Shown here one piece after another: positions 59,388 to 64,000 of a stretch of DNA of 64,000 nucleotides (within the stretch, counting starts at the first letter, position 1; the number at the start of each line of letters is the position of its first letter). The notes beneath the pieces are model-generated. The model had not been told where the DNA came from and did not search any database. It saw nothing but the letters and a program-made list of their open reading frames with translations. Position numbers and translations under genes: made by a program. The stretch lies in the NCBI GenBank assembly GCA_041576165.1, contig JBFGLM010000025.1:1-64000 (forward strand). Direction: 5' to 3'. The stretch comes from Acidimicrobiia bacterium. Its GTDB lineage: Bacteria > Actinomycetota > Acidimicrobiia > Spongiisociales > Spongiisociaceae.

Positions 59388-60510
59388 ATGCACCACGAGG
59401 ATCCCCGCGCCGTCATCAAAGATCTCCGGGTACGGCTCAGCGATGCCAGGAGGTTCCTTTGACGTCGATGCCAAAGAAACGGAACTAGCCGAGCTTCGCG
59501 AGCTCGCGGCAGATCCCGGGCTGTGGGACGATCCGGAAAGAGCCACTGACATCACGCGCAAGCTGTCGCGTTATGCAGACATCGTGTCCCGGGTCGGCCG
59601 GCTCGCCGCCACCCTCGACGACGCCGAAGTCCTGTTGGATTTGGCCGACGAGGAGAGCGATGCAGAGACCCGGTCAGAGGTGGTCGAGAGTCTGAGCGAA
59701 ACCGACCGCGAATTGCAGGCCGTTGAGATCGAGTCCTTGTACTTCGGCGAGTACGACGACCGCCCGGCCATCGTGAGTGTGCATGCCGGGGCCGGCGGTG
59801 TGGACGCGCAAGACTGGGCCGAGATGATGTGGCGGATGTACACCCGATACTTCGACGGCGAAGGCCTCCGCTACGAGATCGATGAAGTGTCCCCGGGGGA
59901 GGAGGCCGGTATCAAGTCGGTCACCATGACCGTCGACGGTCCGTACGCCTACGGCCGCCTCGAGGGCGAGCGAGGGGTTCACCGCCTCGTACGGATCAGT
60001 CCGTTCGATGCCAATGCCCGCCGCCATACCTCGTTCGCGGCGGTCGACGTGATCCCGCAGGTGGATGATGCCGAGATCGAGATCAACACGGATGAGCTGC
60101 GGATCGACACGTTCCGCTCCCAGGGTGCCGGTGGCCAGCATGTCAACACCACCGACTCGGCGGTACGGATCACGCACCTGCCCACCGGGGTAGTGGTGGC
60201 ATGCCAGGCGGAGCGTTCCCAGATCCAGAACCGAGCCCGAGCCATGACGATGCTCAGAGCAAAGCTGGCCGACCTGGCCCGTCACGAGCGCCAGCGCGAG
60301 TTGGACGAGATACGGGGGGAGCAGAACGAGGCAGCCTGGGGCCGTCAGATTCGCTCATACGTGCTGCAGCCCTACCAGATGGTCAAGGACCTGCGCACCG
60401 ACTTCGAGGTCGGCAACGTGCAGGCTGTCCTGGACGGCGCGATTGGTCCCTTCAGCGAGTCATACCTACAGTGGCGGCGCGCACGCCGCGAACAGGCCGG
60501 CGCTGCGTGA
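59388..60510 (+). CDS. prfB: Peptide chain release factor 2, made by programmed +1 frameshift
   Basis: ATG 59388 gives MHHEDPRAVIKDLRVRLSDARRFL-TGA; the +1 frame continues DVDAKETE...ISPFD...GAGGQHVN. Confidence 0.96.
59448..59463 (+). other. prfB +1 frameshift cassette
   Basis: AGG AGG TTC CTT TGA C: internal SD, 3-nt spacer and CTT-TGA-C slippery stop. Confidence 0.95.
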
Positions 60511-60609
60511 CTCGACCGGCGGAGCTGACAGCTCACTTGGGCGTCATCTCGGGCGATGAACACCCGATCGGGCGCGAGCTCCTAGACGTCGCACTGGCCG
60601 GACAAAGCT

Positions 60610-60828
60610 TTGGATGACCTACCGAGGTCGGTAACCTCTGCGGCACGTCGGGAACCCACCGGGAGCGGCCGGCGTTGTCCCGAAGTCGCTCATGCCCGGG
60701 CGAAATAGGGCAACCAGCGCCCGGGCGGCAGACCGGCCGGCAGGACGACCAGCAGAACCGTCGGCATCGCGTCGCAGGAACCGCCGGGTGGGCCGGTCGG
60801 AGGGTTCGAAGAGCAGGCCGCATTCTGG
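60610..60828 (+). promoter_or_regulatory. Promoter candidate and long structured leader upstream of ftsE
   Basis: TTGGAT-16nt-TAACCT (60610-60637); stems at 60659-60670/60816-60828, 60694-60702/60718-60726 and 60731-60738/60791-60798. Confidence 0.4.
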
Positions 60829-60916
60829 CGGCACACGAGCGGCACAGAGGGCGGCACGGATTGCGGAAGTATCTGATGCAGCACGGACGAAGATTGCACA
60901 CGGGGTTTCACCGGAC

Positions 60917-61627
60917 ATGATTCGATTACATGATGTCACCAAGGTCTACGGCGGCGGAATCGTCGCAGCACGCGACGTGACCCTGGACATTCGCAAAGGC
61001 GAGTTTGTATTCCTCGTGGGACCATCGGGTTCGGGCAAATCCACGCTCATCCGGATGTGCCTGCGCGAGGAGCGGGTCACCAAAGGAACGATCTGGGTGG
61101 CCGGCAAGGACATCACCAAATTGCCCAACTGGAAAGTGCCCTACCTGCGGCGGTCGGTGGGAACCGTGTTCCAGGATTTCAAGTTGCTCCCGAACAAGAC
61201 GGTGGGCGAGAACGTTGCGTTCGCGCTCGAGGTACTGGGACGCCCCAAGTCGGTGATTCGGCGACAGGTGGCCCAGGTCCTGGAGCTGGTTGGTCTGGCC
61301 ACCAAGGCCGATCGATACCCGCGCCAGCTCTCGGGTGGAGAGCAACAGCGTGTTTCCGTGGCGCGGGCATTTGTCAACCGTCCTCCCATCCTGCTCGCAG
61401 ACGAACCAACCGGAAACCTCGATCCGGCAACATCGGTCGGCATCATGCGTCTGCTCGACCGCATCAACCGCACCGGCACGACCATCGTGATGGCGACCCA
61501 TGACCATGCGATCGTGGACGCAATGCGGCGTCGCGTCGTGCAGCTGGAACGGGGTCGCGTGGTCCGGGATGCCCACGAGAGCGGCTACGAGAGCGGCTTC
61601 GACTCGGGCGAGGTGGTGAGAAGCTGA
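60917..61627 (+). CDS. ftsE: Cell division ABC ATPase FtsE
   Basis: [37 protein letters not shown]. Confidence 0.96.
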   Translation: MIRLHDVTKVYGGGIVAARDVTLDIRKGEFVFLVGPSGSGKSTLIRMCLREERVTKGTIWVAGKDITKLPNWKVPYLRRSVGTVFQDFKLLPNKTVGENVAFALEVLGRPKSVIRRQVAQVLELVGLATKADRYPRQLSGGEQQRVSVARAFVNRPPILLADEPTGNLDPATSVGIMRLLDRINRTGTTIVMATHDHAIVDAMRRRVVQLERGRVVRDAHESGYESGFDSGEVVRS

Positions 61628-62499
61628 TGCAGCGGGCGGCGTATCTGATCGGTGAGGCGTTCACGAGCCTGCGTCGAAACGTCCTCGTGGTGGCGGCTGC
61701 TGTGCTGGCTGTGTTCGTGTCCCTGGCGTTGGCGTTCGGCGCGTTGGTCTTCAACGAGCTGGTACGGCTCAACACGCTGCAGTGGCAGGAGGGCAACCAT
61801 TTGATCGTCTGGTTGCGCGATGACGTGGGCCAACCCGCCCACCTGGCGATGCTCGAAGAGGTCGTAGCTTACGACGAGGTCCAGACCGCCCAGTATTTCG
61901 ACAAGTCGCAAGCCTTCACCGAATTCAAGGAGCTCTTTTCGGACGAGCCGGCGCTCCTCGAGATCGTCGACCCGGCACTGCTCCCAACCTCGATCCGGAT
62001 CGAGCTGACCGATATCGATCTGTATGAGGCGGTCCAGTTCCGGCTCCTGGGGGAGCCGGCCGTTGATTCGATCTCAGTCCAAGCCGACGCAATAGAGCGG
62101 CTGCTGAGCGTGACCAGGGTCTTGTCCTCGATCGGTGTCGGACTGGTGCTATTGCTGGGTGTAGCCGCGATTGTGTTGATTGCCAACACCATACGGATGG
62201 CGATATACGCTCGCCGCGAAGAAGTTGGGATCATGAAGCTCGTCGGTGCAGGCAACTGGTTCATCCGAATCCCGTTTCTGCTGGAAGGGATCATCGAGGG
62301 GATCATCGGCGGGACGCTGGCGGTTGGTTCCATCGTGTTGGGCCACTACTTCCTGAGCCAGGTTCCCACCGATTTCTTCGTGCGATTCCAGGTCAGCACC
62401 GATTTCCTGACCCGGTGGGGTGTGCTGATTCTGGCGTTCGGCGGCCTGGCCGGCCTCGTCGGAAGCAGCCTGGGTCTGCGCCGGTTCCTCAAGGTCTGA
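61627..62499 (+). CDS. ftsX: Cell division permease FtsX
   Basis: IANTIRMAIYARREEVGIMKLVGA..FIRIPFLLEG; four TMs. Confidence 0.95.
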   Translation: MQRAAYLIGEAFTSLRRNVLVVAAAVLAVFVSLALAFGALVFNELVRLNTLQWQEGNHLIVWLRDDVGQPAHLAMLEEVVAYDEVQTAQYFDKSQAFTEFKELFSDEPALLEIVDPALLPTSIRIELTDIDLYEAVQFRLLGEPAVDSISVQADAIERLLSVTRVLSSIGVGLVLLLGVAAIVLIANTIRMAIYARREEVGIMKLVGAGNWFIRIPFLLEGIIEGIIGGTLAVGSIVLGHYFLSQVPTDFFVRFQVSTDFLTRWGVLILAFGGLAGLVGSSLGLRRFLKV

Positions 62500-62507
62500 T
62501 CGGGCCG

Positions 62508-63704
62508 ATGCGACGCTTTGCGCTCGTGGCGCTCAGCCTCCTCATGCTCACGCTCGTCGTCCCGAGCGGTGTGGGTGCCCAAAGCGAAGAAGACCGGCTC
62601 GACGAGATCCAGGCCGAGATCAAGGCGCTGGAGAACCAGATCAGTTCCGCTGAGTCGACCCGCCGCGAAACCGTGGTGATACTCGCCGATACCCAGGCTC
62701 GCTTGGACGAAGTGCGTGGTCGGCTGGAGGCCGCCCAGAGCGCCCTCGACGCAGTGCTCGCCGCCATCGCCGTCCAACAGGCCGCCATCGCGGAGCTGGT
62801 TCGCCAGATCGGTGTTGTGGAGGAGGCGCTCGCCCAAACCCAACTCGAACAACTGGCGACCCGCCAGCAGATACGCGAGCGGGCCGTCGACCTATACCGC
62901 AGCGGATCGTATGCCGTCGGTCGCGTCGTCTTGTCGGTGAATGACGCGACGAATGCGTCGGTCGGCGTCACCTACGCCGAGAATCTGCTGGAGAACACGA
63001 CATTCCTGCTTCGCTCCCTGGAGGCACTCGAGAATCAGGAACGGGCGCAGCGGCAGGTTCTCACTGACCGCCGGGCTGAGGAGGAAGTTGCCCTGGCGGC
63101 GCTGGAGGTGGACCGGGCCGAAGCCGAGGAACGCCGGGCCGAGGTCGATGCCATCCGCGCCGAAGTCGCGGCCGAACTGGCGTCGCAGGAGGCGCTGCTC
63201 GCATCCATCAACCATGAGATCGCTCACCTGGACGACCACGTCGCCAGCCTGGCGGCCGAGGCAGCCAAAATCGAGGCCGAGATCGCGGCGCGCCAGCAGC
63301 CCGGGGGTTCGAATCCGGGCGTGCTGGCATGGCCGCTCCCGGGCCGGGTCACCTCACCGTTCGGATATCGCATTCATCCGATCACCGGTACCTCCCGGCT
63401 GCACGCCGGAATCGACCTCTCCGGCTCATCCGGGCAGGCGATCAAGGCGGCCGGCGGAGGCACGGTGATCCTCGCCGAGTGGTACGGCGGATACGGCAAC
63501 ACGGTGGTCATCGATCACGGGGGCGGGCTGTCGACCCTCTACGCGCATCAGTCGGGATTGAACGTTTCCCGTGGTGCCGGTGTCTCGACCGGTGACGTGG
63601 TCGGCTACGTTGGATCGACCGGCTTCTCAACCGGACCCCATCTGCATTTCGAGACGCGGGAGGGAGGCACACCGGTGGACCCGATGAGGTACCTCGGCGG
63701 ATGA
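62508..63704 (+). CDS. Coiled-coil + M23 peptidoglycan hydrolase (FtsEX partner)
   Basis: Signal peptide, long coiled coil, and intact Zn ligands HAGID and HLHFE. Confidence 0.92.
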   Translation: MRRFALVALSLLMLTLVVPSGVGAQSEEDRLDEIQAEIKALENQISSAESTRRETVVILADTQARLDEVRGRLEAAQSALDAVLAAIAVQQAAIAELVRQIGVVEEALAQTQLEQLATRQQIRERAVDLYRSGSYAVGRVVLSVNDATNASVGVTYAENLLENTTFLLRSLEALENQERAQRQVLTDRRAEEEVALAALEVDRAEAEERRAEVDAIRAEVAAELASQEALLASINHEIAHLDDHVASLAAEAAKIEAEIAARQQPGGSNPGVLAWPLPGRVTSPFGYRIHPITGTSRLHAGIDLSGSSGQAIKAAGGGTVILAEWYGGYGNTVVIDHGGGLSTLYAHQSGLNVSRGAGVSTGDVVGYVGSTGFSTGPHLHFETREGGTPVDPMRYLGG

Positions 63705-64000
63705 GTGCCAAAAAGGCGGCCAAAGCGAAAGATCGAGGCGAGGCGACTGTCACGACCAACCGTCGTGCCCGGTTCGACTTCGAGCTGATCGAACGATTCG
63801 AAGCAGGGATGGTGCTGACGGGTTCAGAGGTGAAGAGCCTGCGGGCCGGCAACGCCAACCTCAAGGACTCCTACGCCGTGGTCGAAGACGGCGAACTGCT
63901 GCTCGTCGGCGCCTACATTGCGCCGTACCCATTCGCCCGCGACGGTGGCCACCAGCCGGAACGGCCCCGCAAGCTGCTGTTGCACCGACGTGAGATCGAG
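63701..64000 (+). CDS. smpB: SsrA-binding protein (partial, runs off the window's right edge)
   Basis: Manual translation: TNRRARFDFELIERFEAGMVLTGSEVKSLRAG...RPRKLLLHRREI. Confidence 0.96.
   Translation, partial: MSAKKAAKAKDRGEATVTTNRRARFDFELIERFEAGMVLTGSEVKSLRAGNANLKDSYAVVEDGELLLVGAYIAPYPFARDGGHQPERPRKLLLHRREIE

Noticed and set aside
59236-59460. In-frame N-terminal extension of the 424-aa prfB ORF in the track
   Set aside because: Overlaps the Hpt gene and is not RF2-like; the real N-terminus comes from ATG 59388 via the frameshift
60585-60726. Calling a ZTP or c-di-AMP riboswitch upstream of ftsE
   Set aside because: Only fragments match and key conserved nucleotides are missing; reported as an unknown structured leader instead
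63701-64000. tmRNA (ssrA) or an integrated element next to smpB
   Set aside because: The window ends inside smpB; nothing further is visible

Overview
High-GC bacterial chromosome segment with actinobacterial synteny: lpdA-accA/pccB-birA, LCP-ugd, cofE-cofD, GT2-DUF5719-DUF3499-manB-ahcY, comF-hpf-RR-secA and prfB-ftsEX-M23-smpB. It is probably from a deep-branching class such as Acidimicrobiia (inferred from the F420 genes, abundant SLH proteins and an intact prfB frameshift). No tRNA, rRNA, CRISPR array, integrase or transposase was recognised. Non-routine content: (1) an 11-kb array of six secreted hydrolases (M23, S8, Amidase_2, three SpoIID/LytB paralogs), all ending in Cys-paired SLH repeats; (2) a translationally coupled RR-HEAT repeat-HD-GYP module in which the HEAT and HD-GYP proteins share an unannotated N-terminal domain, with a stand-alone Hpt just past secA; (3) four candidate structured RNAs: a 6S-like rod at 25.2 kb, a rod upstream of a zinc-ribbon gene at 42.6 kb, a comF-hpf junction and a long ftsE leader; (4) a classic +1 prfB frameshift; (5) no whiB at its usual position, with a possible decayed remnant; (6) two hydrolase-fold genes with altered catalytic motifs; (7) many probable leaderless genes. 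All calls come from reading motifs and base-pairing by eye; no database search or folding program was run.
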